Shown piece after piece: positions 1 to 10,764 of a stretch of DNA of 64,000 nucleotides. Made by a program: the position numbers and the translations under genes. The stretch comes from a virus: the IMG/VR virus record IMGVR_UViG_3300036792_000176, positions 23,998 to 87,997 of that record; one strand, given 5' to 3'. Below the pieces are notes generated by a model. That model saw only the letters and a list, made by a program, of their open reading frames with translations, did no database searches and was not told where the DNA came from. Position 1 is the stretch's first letter, and each line of letters opens with the position of its first letter.

Positions 1-113
1 AACGGGACGGTGTTCCTGACGATCTGCAACACCAAGCCGATCACCATTTTCGGCATCAACTACCCCGGCAGAGCAATCTACAGCCTGCCCTGCGCTCCGA
101 TCAGGAGGAAGCG

Positions 114-272
114 GTGAAGTACCGCACGATGGGCGTGGACGGCATCTACGGCAGTGATGTCGAGGCCGACACGGACGAGGAGGCCATCAGCAAGGCGACC
201 GCCATGGGCTACGATGTGCTGGACGTCACGGACAGCATGCAGGGCCCGCTACTGATAATCGAGGGAGACTAG
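114..272 (+). CDS. small hypothetical protein
   Basis: GTG start after AGGAGG; 52 codons read by hand; abuts next gene. Confidence 0.55.
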   Translation: MKYRTMGVDGIYGSDVEADTDEEAISKATAMGYDVLDVTDSMQGPLLIIEGD

Positions 273-273
273 C

Positions 274-708
274 ATGAACTACACCCAGGACCTGATCAAC
301 ATGATGCAGGGCAAGGTGACGCGAGGAGAGATGTCCAAGGAGGAGGTCGTAAAAATCCTCCAGTTCGCGCTCACCAACCTGCCGCATGAGGACGTCATCG
401 ACGCCATCAACGCCGAGTGGTACCTGCCCGAGCGGCAGGCGATCGCGGCCGGAATCACAGCCGAGAATGTCGAGACGCACCCCGTGATGCGCAAGGCGAT
501 CAAGGCGGCCGAGGAGGCTTTCCAGGACGATATGACGCCTGCGAGTGCGTACATGGCGATGTTCAAGGCTGCGTTCATCGTCGCCAAACAGCACGATCTC
601 TCGGACGAAGATGCGACCGTGATAGCAACCTCGGCTGCCACTGACGGGCAGTCTGACTCCGGTGAGGGCTACAAGAACTTCATCGCGCCCCGCAAGAAGC
701 GGTCATAA
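274..708 (+). CDS. hypothetical protein
   Basis: ORF with GGAG RBS and phage-like codon usage. Confidence 0.75.
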   Translation: MNYTQDLINMMQGKVTRGEMSKEEVVKILQFALTNLPHEDVIDAINAEWYLPERQAIAAGITAENVETHPVMRKAIKAAEEAFQDDMTPASAYMAMFKAAFIVAKQHDLSDEDATVIATSAATDGQSDSGEGYKNFIAPRKKRS

Positions 709-739
709 GCGGATCGTATAACCGCAGGTCAGAGGCACA

Positions 740-778
740 CTGCAGGGATCGTCGGCACTCCGTCGGCGGTCCCTGCAG
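740..778 (+). terminator. hairpin terminator candidate
   Basis: CTGCAGGGAtcgtcgg...tcggcggTCCCTGCAG stem just after a stop codon. Confidence 0.5.
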
Positions 779-992
779 CACGTGTGCACCCGCGGAATCC
801 TTTAGCGCCGCTAATTACCTAGGCTAACGATCTCGACGACTGCTGACTCCGATGCATCTGGCTCTGAGATCAGCCCGTCCTCTGCTCCACTCGGGACTCC
901 AGTGCACGGAATCGTTAGCCGAGGTAATTATCCGCCCTAACGAATGCCTGGGCCAGGTTTGTACCTCCCACGAGGTAAGGTATACTAGTTTC

Positions 993-1313
993 ATGGACAA
1001 CGAACTCATGTCATTCGAGCAGAGCACCGATCTCAACACCGGCTATGTCGAGCAGACAGAAGAGCCGCGCGCTGCCGGTACGAGGGGCCCGCTCGCTGTC
1101 AGACAGGCCGAGATACGTGGAGCACTCAAGGCTATGTTCTACATGAAGAGCGTCTGGAGGGCAAATGAGGCCCATGAAACGCTCCAGAACATCGGAATAG
1201 TCGCAAGTCCGAGGGTGATAAACATGGTAAAACGGGAGCTTGGCGTGAAAAGCGTAGCCGTTCACGTCCTTGGAGAACCAGGTGCAAAGCACTGGAATTG
1301 GGTAATGGACTAG
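993..1313 (+). CDS. stand-alone winged-helix-like protein, paralog of the primase-helicase C-terminus
   Basis: ATG 6 nt after TATACT (981-986), so leaderless; sequence aligns by eye to the end of 12282..14423 (RGP...MF...VW...GI...VK..LG..SV...G.PG...WNWVMD). Confidence 0.75.
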   Translation: MDNELMSFEQSTDLNTGYVEQTEEPRAAGTRGPLAVRQAEIRGALKAMFYMKSVWRANEAHETLQNIGIVASPRVINMVKRELGVKSVAVHVLGEPGAKHWNWVMD

Positions 1314-1358
1314 TGAGAATTTCTTCTGCGTGAGTTAGAAGGTAAAGTTTCCGGACTG

Positions 1359-1530
1359 TGTCCTTATATACCTACTACTCCCACTACTATAGTTACTGTA
1401 TATCCTTACTTATGATACGCGGGAGGGCCTGCGGCGATACCACTTCACCCAGCCCCCGAAATCATATATGACACCCCAAACATGAGATTTCAGTAGTGGT
1501 AGTAGTGGCGGTAGTAGAGATATAAGGACA
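1359..1530. repeat. 31-bp imperfect inverted repeat, origin-like region
   Basis: TGTCCTTATATACCTACTACTCCCACTACTA (1359-1389) versus TAGTAGTGGCGGTAGTAGAGATATAAGGACA (1500-1530). Confidence 0.85.
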
Positions 1531-1570
1531 TCACCCCGAAACTCGTACTCCTTACCCCGCCATACGCCCC

Positions 1571-1702
1571 CCAACCGGAAGCAATCACGCCCAACCGGAA
1601 CCAACCCGTATCAACCGGAACGAGCACAAATCCACCAGCGATCAACCCTCAGCCATCCGCGCCGACCCGAACAGCCGTACCCGAACTGAACAGCCGTACC
1701 CC
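1571..1702 (+). repeat. iteron-like direct repeats
   Basis: CAACCGGAA at 1572, 1592 and 1612 (20-bp period); GAACAGCCGTACCC twice at about 1669 and 1688. Confidence 0.75.
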
Positions 1703-1771
1703 GCTACTGCACGTAGGCACCCGCCCCCGAATGCTAACTCAAAGTAGTCGACGGAAAGGCTCCTATACGGG

Positions 1772-1801
1772 TAGCCATACCGGGTAGCACTACGGTATAC
1801 T
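1772..1801 (+). promoter_or_regulatory. phage promoter TAGCCA-N18-TATACT
   Basis: matches the recurring TAGC(C/G)N-N17/18-TANNNT pattern; a 5' hairpin follows at about 1814-1845. Confidence 0.6.
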
Positions 1802-1942
1802 GTTCATATCGGCCTCCCCCGCCGGTAAGCGGTACGGCGGGGGAAGCTGAGCCAACGGGAAACCGACAGGACACCCCGGCCCCGACAGACCAAACCGCAA
1901 CACCCCAGCCCCACAATGGGCACCAAGAGGAAGAAGAACAAA

Positions 1943-2935
1943 ATGTCCACTGTCATCGAGTGCGAGGGCGCAGGCCAGGCCTGGTCCTACCTCCTCCAGG
2001 ACTCCAACGGCAACTCCGTCGACCCCCGGACCGACAACGACACCAAGACCAAGACCACCACCCAGCTCCCCGGCTGCCCGGTCTGCCTGCTCACGGCCAA
2101 GGACCTCAAGATCAAGGTCAGCCGCAAGAACGGCAAGCTCTCCCCCATCCACATCCCCGAGCACATGGTCGAGGTCCCAGGCGACGAGCTGCTGTTCATG
2201 CTCATCAACGGCGAGTTCGATGTCCACGTCAAGGGCTGCAACCGGATCAAGGCCCAGCTCAAGAAGAGCGACTACGAGCGCCCCGGCACCGTCCTGGCCA
2301 CCGACCCCCACGACCTGGTCACGCAGCTGTGGGATGACATCATCCCCGAGGCCTGGGTTCAGGAAGAGGACCCGGAGGGCACCCCCGAGGTGCGCGACCC
2401 CGAGACCGACGAGCTGCTCAGCCCGATCAACCCCACCGACGAGTGGCTCGAGAAGCACAACTACTACAGCGCCACCGGCATCCACACCTGCGTCGCCAAG
2501 CTCGGCGGCGAGTGGGCCAACGGCACCGGCGCCAAGGGCAAGGCCAAGTCCAACGGCGGCGCGTCCCGTCAGGCCAAGCGGGACCTGGCGCTGGTCCTCG
2601 TCGAGGCCATGGCGCAGGCGATCAAGGAGCTCCAGGACGACCCGGCCAACGACCCGAACAAGATCATCCCCACCCTGGGATACGAGGAGGCTCGCCAGGT
2701 CGTCGCTCAGTGGATCCACCACTTCCCCGCCAACCGCGACGAGTGGATCAACCACCTCCCCCGCCCCAACCGCTCCGACTGGATCACCGAGTCGGAGGCT
2801 GCCGGCACCCAGACCAGCGACGAGACGGACGACGACACGAACAGCGACGCCGACGCCACCGACGAGGACGAGCTGGACGAGAACCAGAACGACGAGGACA
2901 CGGACCAGGAGGACGAGGACGACGCCGAGGAGTGA
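1943..2935 (+). CDS. highly expressed early protein with acidic C-terminal tail
   Basis: extreme C/G third-position bias; own promoter and terminator; CPVC motif; D/E-rich last ~40 aa. Confidence 0.8.
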   Translation: MSTVIECEGAGQAWSYLLQDSNGNSVDPRTDNDTKTKTTTQLPGCPVCLLTAKDLKIKVSRKNGKLSPIHIPEHMVEVPGDELLFMLINGEFDVHVKGCNRIKAQLKKSDYERPGTVLATDPHDLVTQLWDDIIPEAWVQEEDPEGTPEVRDPETDELLSPINPTDEWLEKHNYYSATGIHTCVAKLGGEWANGTGAKGKAKSNGGASRQAKRDLALVLVEAMAQAIKELQDDPANDPNKIIPTLGYEEARQVVAQWIHHFPANRDEWINHLPRPNRSDWITESEAAGTQTSDETDDDTNSDADATDEDELDENQNDEDTDQEDEDDAEE

Positions 2936-2970
2936 CCGGCCAGCTCCACAGCCCATCACCCGCAAGGCAC

Positions 2971-3010
2971 GAGAGCCCGGTACGGCCAGAACACTGGCCG
3001 CCGGGCTCTC
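2971..3010 (+). terminator. hairpin terminator
   Basis: GAGAGCCCGG...CCGGGCTCTC with inner CGGCCAG/CTGGCCG stem. Confidence 0.65.
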
Positions 3011-3061
3011 CGGCGTTCAGACGGACGCCAAAACCCGATATCTCACAGACTGCTGAATGGT

Positions 3062-3144
3062 GGAGCTCCGAAATAAGGCCGATTAGCCGTCCGCCCCTAC
3101 CGGTACCCGGTAGGCTAGCCGCGCGGTCCGTACGGCGGAGCTCC
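3062..3144. repeat. bipartite inverted element, copy 1
   Basis: GGAGCTCCG-aaa-TAAGGC ... TCCGTA-cgg-CGGAGCTCC; related copies at 11044 and 45757. Confidence 0.7.
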
Positions 3145-3275
3145 CAAAGGATTCAGGGGTATCCACGGGGACCGCCCCGGTAAGCTACCCTACCCGGTAC
3201 CCTAGCTTTACCACTCCGGCTGTAGTACCCTACCCCTTAGACCCCCGCCCCTACCCGAGAATAGGGCAGCAGGTT

Positions 3276-5715
3276 ATGAAACTGACAATCAGCATACCGA
3301 TTACTGAGGACATGCCGGCCCTCACAGAAACAGACCGCATCACCTACCCATCCCTCACCGCAACAATGATCCCCACCCAGTCTAACGCTGGCGGCCACCC
3401 GCTGTACGAGTTCACCGGCGAGGAGGCAGAACTCCGCGCATGGCTGGTGAACGAGTACGGCCTGACGAACGCAGAGGCCACAGCGGTCATGTGGCACACT
3501 GAGACTGACAGGAACTGAACGATCATGAACGTAACCAGCGACGTCAGCTATGACGACCCGGTATTCACCAGTACAACGTACGTCAACCCGAGCAGCGACA
3601 TCTTTGGCCGCAGGGTGAGGGCCGACCTGATCGCAGCCACCGTCGTCAAAGACGGGACCATTAAACCCCGATACAACCGATACATCTGGGGAGTCACGTC
3701 CAGCGGCCTCCTGCGGTGCTACCTTGACTGGGACGGGTCCCGGAGCTGGTGTAGCATTGCGCCACAGTCACTCGATGATCACCACATCCCCCTCCCCATC
3801 ACCTATCGCAATGCCGCCCAGCGCATCGTTCAGGTGCTCCACCCCCGTACCATGCGCATCCGCGCAATCGACCCCGCCATGATCATCGAGACGCTGTGAT
3901 GAACACCCATACACACACTAACAAGAGGACACAGTGCCCGAGATAGAGTATGACCGAATCTACGGCTATCACGTCGGCGGCATCAGCATCACATTCGGGA
4001 GGGCCAGGCAGGATGAGAAGCACGGCCCGAGATTCTACGGTGCTGCCCTCAGCGAGGAGCAGCTCAAGCGAGGGCTCGAGACAGGGTTCGGCGCTACCGA
4101 GTCTGAGGCGGTCGCCGACATGTTCAGGCACATCCGCCCGATACACTTCTGACACACAACACACGCAGCACAAGAAAGAAAAGGAGCATCATGGAAAGAG
4201 ACCAGATCCCCCACACCGCTGATCGTATCATCCTCACGAACGGGCGGGAGATCGTTCACACCCACCACGCTACAAAGAGCACATGGCACATCGTGCTCGA
4301 GCGGGTAGAGCGCCTGGGCAGGGCACTCACCGACACCGAGATATCCGAGTTCATGCAGAGCGCCCCGGTCGCCCGCATCGAGCACACGGACAGCACATCC
4401 CCCACCGAGTACTGGCGCGAGCTGGACGAGGACGCCAATACGCCGGACGTCATGGCTCTGCCCACAGACGCAATCAACGACGTCGACGAGGAGCTGGGCC
4501 TGAACATCAGGAAGCTCACGCCGGAGGAGCTGGAGGCAGACCGCCTAACCTTCGAAGAGTGGCTAGGGCGCACTGGCCGAGGGTCTATGCAGGAGTTCAT
4601 TGACCGGGCCGTGAAGAAGGCCAATGACCGCTGGCGCAGGACCTGGTACCTAGAGACCGGCGGCTGCCCGTGCGAGCAGGGCCCCGAGTGCGGCTGCAGG
4701 CTATGCCCCCAGTGCGGCCCCAACGGTACCATCGCGCGCAAAGACGCGGGTGAGATCGACAACGAGGCCGAGACGCTAGGAGCCCAGGCAGCCCACGAGG
4801 AAGCAATCCAGACAGGCCACCCCAGCGGCGATGTGTATCTGGAGGACATGCTGGATGACATGGCCCCGACCGCACAGAAGACGACCTACCCCGACTGGGT
4901 GGGCCAGATAGAGGAGGGAATGGCCCGCCCCGGGCCAGGACAGGCCGAGGACAACTACGTCTACCCCATGGAGTGCGGGCACGAGACGGACAGCCCGAAG
5001 CCACTTGTAACTGGCGCCATCGTACACTGCTCAGTTCACGGACAGACGTACATAGCAAAGGGCGAGGGTGATGGCGACGTGTAGGCACTGGCCGTACTGC
5101 GTGGGCAACGGCCGTTACTGCTGGAAAGAATGCCCGCCCAATCCAATGCTGGACTCAGACAGGTATCCGGATGAAGTGCAGAGCAGAACAACGGAAGGGT
5201 TCGTGATGGCAGACAACGCATTCATCCTCCTCAGGATGATCCAGTCCTACGCCAAGACGCCAGACCAGAAGGCAAAGGCGAACGACTACTACGGCTACGT
5301 CCAGAGACAGGGGTACAACGCAGACAGACAGGTCGCGGAGCTGGCCAAGGTCCTGCTGACCGGCCTCGTGGACAGCAACTGGCCCTGGTCCCCGACCACA
5401 GACCGCACAGCCAGGTACGGCGGCCCGCAGGGCGTCAACAGCCCCATCTCCCGTATCGACTGGGGTGCTAAGCCAGAGGAAGAGCAAGACAATGAGACGG
5501 TTCAGCCCGCGCACGACATTCCTGAGCTACGCCGGCAGTACCTGGAGATCATCTCGAGGAACATCACAAACGAGCAGATGTCCCAGGCCAACAAGTACTG
5601 GGACAATACCATGCCGATACTCATGTCTGAGCTGTACAACATGACAAGGAACGTGTCAAGAAGAGCGGACCTACGTCAGCAGACGACTACCGAGAATACC
5701 GAGACTACCGGGTAA
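3276..5715 (+). CDS. run of hypothetical early genes (3276-3518, 3525-3899, 3934-4152, 4191-5084, ~5068-5715)
   Basis: consecutive same-strand ORFs with RBSs; 4191-5084 has Cys-rich motifs. Confidence 0.65.
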
Positions 5716-5751
5716 GCGGGTACCTAGCCGCGCCTAGCCCTAGCCGTACCC

Positions 5752-5780
5752 TAGCCCTAGGGCCGTGCATACGGTAGGAT
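5752..5780 (+). promoter_or_regulatory. phage promoter TAGCCC-N17-TAGGAT, leaderless
   Basis: ATG at 5787 is 6 nt downstream; near-identical to the promoter at 8722. Confidence 0.7.
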
Positions 5781-5786
5781 ATACCT

Positions 5787-6339
5787 ATGAACACCCCTAA
5801 CGGGCCGAGCCCCGATAACAGCAGGATCGCCCCGACCACTCCAAAGGTACACCTGACGGTGGTCGGGGCGTACGGACGCCACTACGACGACAAGAACGCA
5901 GCCCTCGATGACTGGCAGAACGGGAAGGACTTCCGCATCGCGAGCGTCGGCCCTGACATGGGCCGGTACATGTCTAAGCGAGACACCGAGACCCGCCCCG
6001 AGCTGCACGTCTCGATCCGCTACAAGAGCATGGTGTACATCGTCGACACGGTCACCGGCCAGAGCACCGAAGACGACCACGAGTTCTAGGAAGGACAGCA
6101 TGGCGGGAACGCAGGATGGCGACGAGAGCATCTGGGAAGAGGCGACTCTGAACCAGATGCTCTCTGACCCTGACTTTGAGGCCGAGTTCGGACGCGAGCG
6201 AACCGAGGAAGAGCAGATCGAGCACGAGATGTTCAAGGCTGCCACTATCCTCTCCGAGCCGAGCACACAGATGAGCGTGGGCCGCGATGAGCCCACGGAC
6301 CCCGACGACCCAGACCCCGATATCTGCGAAGAGATTTAG
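5787..6339 (+). CDS. two small hypothetical proteins (5787-6089, 6100-6339)
   Basis: leaderless start and AAGGA RBS; second protein is acidic. Confidence 0.65.
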
Positions 6340-6376
6340 CACACAAAATCCCGAGGGGATAAGCAAGGAGAGCCCG

Positions 6377-7525
6377 ATGGGCAAGCAGGTGATAGCCTGT
6401 CCGCTAGACAGGATTGCGGAGCTAGCGGACAGGACGGTGTATGCGACCGAGGAAGCCAAGACGGTCGCCATTCTGGCAAGCGCATCCAGCCACGCGCTGG
6501 ACGCTAGCCAGACACAGCCGCGCGTGCTGGTTACCGGGAAGACCGGCCAGTGCGGCAAGAGCACACTGCTGTACTTCGCAGAAAACATATGCCTCAACGG
6601 ATGGTCATCAAACCCCACATCCTTTGCCCTCAGGGCAAAGTTCATCGAGGGGCCTGTGACAATTTTCATCCATGAGCTGAGCAAGATATTCGGCGAGAAC
6701 GGACTGCGTGGCGCGACGCACCCGGTGTACCAGATAGCCTGCGACGGCTACTCGGTGAAGGGCAAGCTGAGCCTGTCAAATGGCACAGCTCAGGACATCA
6801 GCTGCTACGGCGTCGCCTTCTTCGCGGGCATCAAGAAGGCCGCTCCAGACGACCTGCGTTCCCGCTGTATCATAATCGAGATGGCCCCGAAGCCGGAGAG
6901 CATGTATCTCGAGGACATACTGGACGAGGACGTTGAGGCCGAGGCGCTGGAGCTACAAGATGTGCTGCACGCCTGGGTACGCTCCGAGATCAAGAACCTG
7001 AAGGCGTACAACAAGGCGCTGAGGGGAGTTCACCCCCGGCTTACAAGCCGCAAGGCCCAGATATGGGGTCCGCTGTACGCCATAGCTAAGGCCGCCGGTC
7101 CCGTGTGGGTAGCACGCTGGCGGCGCGCGTTCGAGATGCTGGCTCTGGACGACGCGAGCCGCGCGCCGCTTATGCCGGAGCAGAAGATAGTCCGGGACGC
7201 CGGAGCGCTCATCCGCAGTAGGCCGGAGGATTCCGTCGAGCCGTACCTGACTAGCCGCGAGCTGCTGGAGTTCTGCCGCAACGTGGACGAGCGACTCTAT
7301 CCCCGGCTCAGCGACTACAAGATGGCCGTGCTGATGGCCCGGGGCCTCGGCAAGACCAACACGCTCACATTCCCCGACCGGCACACGCAGAAGGGCTGGT
7401 ATGTCTGCGAGGTCATGGAGATCGTTAAGGAGCAGGAAGCCGCACTCGAGCCCGACGAGGAGGAGATCCCCGAGCCAGACGAGTACGACACATTCTTCGA
7501 CGATGTGGACGAGGAGGTGGCGTGA
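6377..7525 (+). CDS. P-loop NTPase, DUF3631-like
   Basis: Walker A-like GKTGQCGKST, degenerate Walker B (IFIHE), LRSRCIII and W.PL..IA motifs; AAGGAG RBS. Confidence 0.65.
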   Translation: MGKQVIACPLDRIAELADRTVYATEEAKTVAILASASSHALDASQTQPRVLVTGKTGQCGKSTLLYFAENICLNGWSSNPTSFALRAKFIEGPVTIFIHELSKIFGENGLRGATHPVYQIACDGYSVKGKLSLSNGTAQDISCYGVAFFAGIKKAAPDDLRSRCIIIEMAPKPESMYLEDILDEDVEAEALELQDVLHAWVRSEIKNLKAYNKALRGVHPRLTSRKAQIWGPLYAIAKAAGPVWVARWRRAFEMLALDDASRAPLMPEQKIVRDAGALIRSRPEDSVEPYLTSRELLEFCRNVDERLYPRLSDYKMAVLMARGLGKTNTLTFPDRHTQKGWYVCEVMEIVKEQEAALEPDEEEIPEPDEYDTFFDDVDEEVA

Positions 7526-8696
7526 TGCCGGATGATGGAGACAATAACACAGTCGGAGAACTGATAAGGGCTCTGCGCAAGATCGACAGGAGTAAGATCG
7601 TAGTCTTGCAGGGGTGCGACTGCCTTAATGAGTGGGACGGTCGGGTAACAGAGAACGACAAGCCGAACGAGATAGTGCTGAGGATCGACGGATAGGAGAA
7701 GCTGTGCCAACACCGACTGGCCTGCCAAAGGTGGGCGAGGTCTGGGAGAGCACCAGGAAACTCCCAGGTCAGAAGACAAACGTCCAGCGGTTCGTCGTGC
7801 TAGAGCGCGGGCGTGGCGACTACTGGTCTATGCGCGTGTACATTCCTGGGAAGGGCGTTAGCCTATGGGTCGATCCGGCTTACCAGATGAAGATGGGCGA
7901 GCTGAAGTACATCGGCCCGGCGAATGCTGAGATCAAGAAGAAGCTGGGTCTGAAATGAGAGTGATCCTCGACTTCTACTTCGACGACCTGGAGCAGCGCT
8001 GCCTGAATCCGAAGTGCGACTTCAGAGTCGGGCCGTACAGCGAGGAGTGGCGCGGTGGCTGCCCCAACTACCTGGCCGAGGAGCGGAGGACATGCAACAG
8101 TGCGCTCGGATTCTTCCGGGCGTTCGGGAACGAGGCACAGCGCAGCGTTCAGGTGAGGCGGGAAGACGCCCGCCTCCCTGGATCGAACTGCAGGCCAGAC
8201 GTTATCTACGGGGAGAGGTTATGGGGTACAACAACGAGGCGATGCACACTGCGATGTCCATTCTCGAGGCCATCGCCATTCCGGAGCTGCCGGCCATGCT
8301 CAAGAAGATGGTGCTGGATGGCACAGCCGAGGTCATCTGGGACCCGCATGTTAGCGGTGTCGTCGGCTTCATCTACCCAGGCACCAACAGGGCCATGTGC
8401 GTGGTGTACGTTAACCGCAATGACTTCGAGCTTGAGGACGAGTTCGAGAACAAGGTAATGCGGTCCGGTACCGACGTCACAATCAAGGAGGATGGCTCGT
8501 GAATGAAGGATGCAATCACAGCAAGATAGGGTCGATCGCGTCCATCGAGGAGGGCAGGCACTGTGCATTCATGACGTGCCCGAACTACCGCGAGAAGTGC
8601 CCGTTGCACGCTATCGCGAAGACAGGGGAGGAATGCAACCTGACGATGCGGACCGACGTTACCCTAGCCGACCCGCCGGTACCGCCGGTACCCTAG
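7525..8696 (+). CDS. run of small hypothetical genes
   Basis: overlapping ORFs including ~7632-7958, 8221-8502 and 8499-8696. Confidence 0.55.
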
Positions 8697-8721
8697 CCGT
8701 ACCGCGTACGCCCCGGTACCC

Positions 8722-8751
8722 TAGCCCTAGCGGTATGCATACGGGTACGAT
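8722..8751 (+). promoter_or_regulatory. phage promoter TAGCCC-N18-TACGAT
   Basis: CTAGCCCTAG..TGCATACGG.TA.GATATACCTA shared with 5751-5787. Confidence 0.7.
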
Positions 8752-8807
8752 ATACCTACCGGGCCCCGGGCGATAGGCCAGAGGCCGTCAGGCAAACAGG
8801 AGGAATC

Positions 8808-9490
8808 ATGAGCTACGGAAGATCAAGGCACGTCTTTGGATTCGGCAACAATGCCGACGAGATCGATGACAGCGCGCTAGCTGAGGCAGCGAAGGCATTC
8901 AGGCCTGGCACTAAGCTGCGTGTCCATCCCACGTACACCATCACGGATGTAGGAGGTGCGGCATCTCCTACTCGCTCAATGATGGAAGAGATGGGCGTTG
9001 ACCCTACTAAGGTGGCATTCGCGGCGTCCGTCACGGTAAATGAGGTTCTACCCGAGGACGGCCGGTACGTCACGATGTTCATCGGCAGGAAAGAAGAGCC
9101 GACACGCCTGATCGGGATCACTGACACAGAGCAGGAGGGCAGGGAGCTGGCGCGCGAGGACTACGTATGGCCCGAGCAGCCTGCGATCAAGTGGGTCAGG
9201 CAGAGGGGGCAGGAGCCGACCCTGGTCACTACAGGAGAGACCGGCGACAGCACCGGTGAGTACCAGATCCACAGGGAGTTTGGGTGAAGGTACTGATCAC
9301 GATAAAAGACACCATCGAGGACGCACGTGAGGTGCGGATGATGGTGAACACAACGAGCGAAGTGTTCATGCACACATTCGCCGATGATGGCGTGATCATC
9401 CAGGACATGGAGATCATCGAGGACGGTCCGCCTGAACCTCCAAAGCCAAAGCGCAGTAAGCGCAAGATCTGTAAGGAGCCGTGGCAGTAG
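8808..9490 (+). CDS. two hypothetical proteins (8808-9287, 9284-9490)
   Basis: AGGAGG RBS; GTGA overlap. Confidence 0.65.
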
Positions 9491-9491
9491 C

Positions 9492-9920
9492 ATGAGCATC
9501 CACATAGGCTTCACCGGCACGCGCAAGGGCATGACAAGCGAGCAGAATGAGAAGATTCGCTTCACGCTGCAGAGCTTCAGAGACTACCACTTCGGGATGG
9601 ACCTGGTATTCCATCACGGAGACGAGCCGCACTCTGACCGCGAGGCCGCCGAGATAGCGCAGAAGATCGGGTATCGGATAAAGCCGCATCCGCCAGCGGC
9701 CATGACATCAGAGGACCTGCTAAAGAGGAATCGCGAGATCGTGGCCGCTGTCGAGAATCTATTCGCAGCGCCAGGCGGATTTAAAGAGGAGCTGCGGTCT
9801 GGTACCTGGGCCACTGTTCGCTACGGTAGGCAGGCTGGCCTGGAAGGGCTGATCATTTGGCCAGATGGCTGCCGCTGCCCTCTGTCGGCCAAGGAGCACG
9901 TCCACGGCGTACGATTCTAG
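9492..9920 (+). CDS. SLOG-superfamily (DprA/YspA-like) nucleotide-binding protein
   Basis: IGFTGTR, HHGD, RNREIV and SGTWATVRY motifs. Confidence 0.7.
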   Translation: MSIHIGFTGTRKGMTSEQNEKIRFTLQSFRDYHFGMDLVFHHGDEPHSDREAAEIAQKIGYRIKPHPPAAMTSEDLLKRNREIVAAVENLFAAPGGFKEELRSGTWATVRYGRQAGLEGLIIWPDGCRCPLSAKEHVHGVRF

Positions 9921-10080
9921 GAGTAAGCATGCAAAAGGAAGCTTCTGATACACCCCGGTATGTCATATACGATATGCCCGAAGACATTCCGCTGGGAGCA
10001 TTCGTGACCCTCCGAAGGATGTCGAAGCAGGAGATCGACGGCGAGGACACCGTCGTCTACGAGTATCTGGGGCACGAATA

Positions 10081-10764
10081 GTGAAAGACACCTATTACGA
10101 GAGAGAGACATGGGCGACTGTCGACATGATCAACCCGCCGTTGCCCGGCATATCATTCTCCGTAGTGTCAAGAGTGCGAGTCCGTCGCCGTGGGCGAGGC
10201 GCGGCTAAACGACTAATGGCGCAGGTACTCGAAGACGCCGACAGAGAGGGAGTGCCGCTCATCCTCGCGGTCGATCCGGATTACCAAGCCAACCCGGATA
10301 TGGATATCGACCGGCTACGCGCGTGGTACGAGAGGCTTGGCTTCCGCAGAATTATCAGCAACGAGCCTGACTTCCTCCTGCGCAACCCCAAGGTGTACGA
10401 GGGAACCGGCTGGCCACAGAAGCTGGAGTCAAAGCGGGCATACTGCACCAATCCGGCGCATGGCTACGGTGAGCACGACAGGATGTGCGTGCCCCCGGCA
10501 GATCCTACCAATCCCAACATACGCATGATCCGTGTCCTGTGGGGCCTGTGCGGATACTGCAACGACACGGACGATCACACACACAGTCTTGCCGATTTTG
10601 CCAGGTGGCATCATCAGCGGATGAGGGTCGGCTACTCAGAGAGGAACAAGTGGGCCAACCCGGATGAGGATGGATCCATAGTTATCCACGGAGACATGGA
10701 GATAATGCTGCTGTCCGATGGCTACCGGAAGGAGCGGAAGGATGGACGCCGAGAGGGAGCGTAG
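10081..10764 (+). CDS. GNAT-family acetyltransferase with Cys/His-rich C-terminal extension
   Basis: RGRGAAKRLM acetyl-CoA loop and WYERLGF motif. Confidence 0.7.
   Translation: MKDTYYERETWATVDMINPPLPGISFSVVSRVRVRRRGRGAAKRLMAQVLEDADREGVPLILAVDPDYQANPDMDIDRLRAWYERLGFRRIISNEPDFLLRNPKVYEGTGWPQKLESKRAYCTNPAHGYGEHDRMCVPPADPTNPNIRMIRVLWGLCGYCNDTDDHTHSLADFARWHHQRMRVGYSERNKWANPDEDGSIVIHGDMEIMLLSDGYRKERKDGRREGA

Noticed and set aside
1790-3183. Long alternative-frame and antisense ORFs (also 24821-25750, 25945-26844, 33239-34231)
   Set aside because: Shadows of GC3-biased real genes; low-complexity translations and no RBS.
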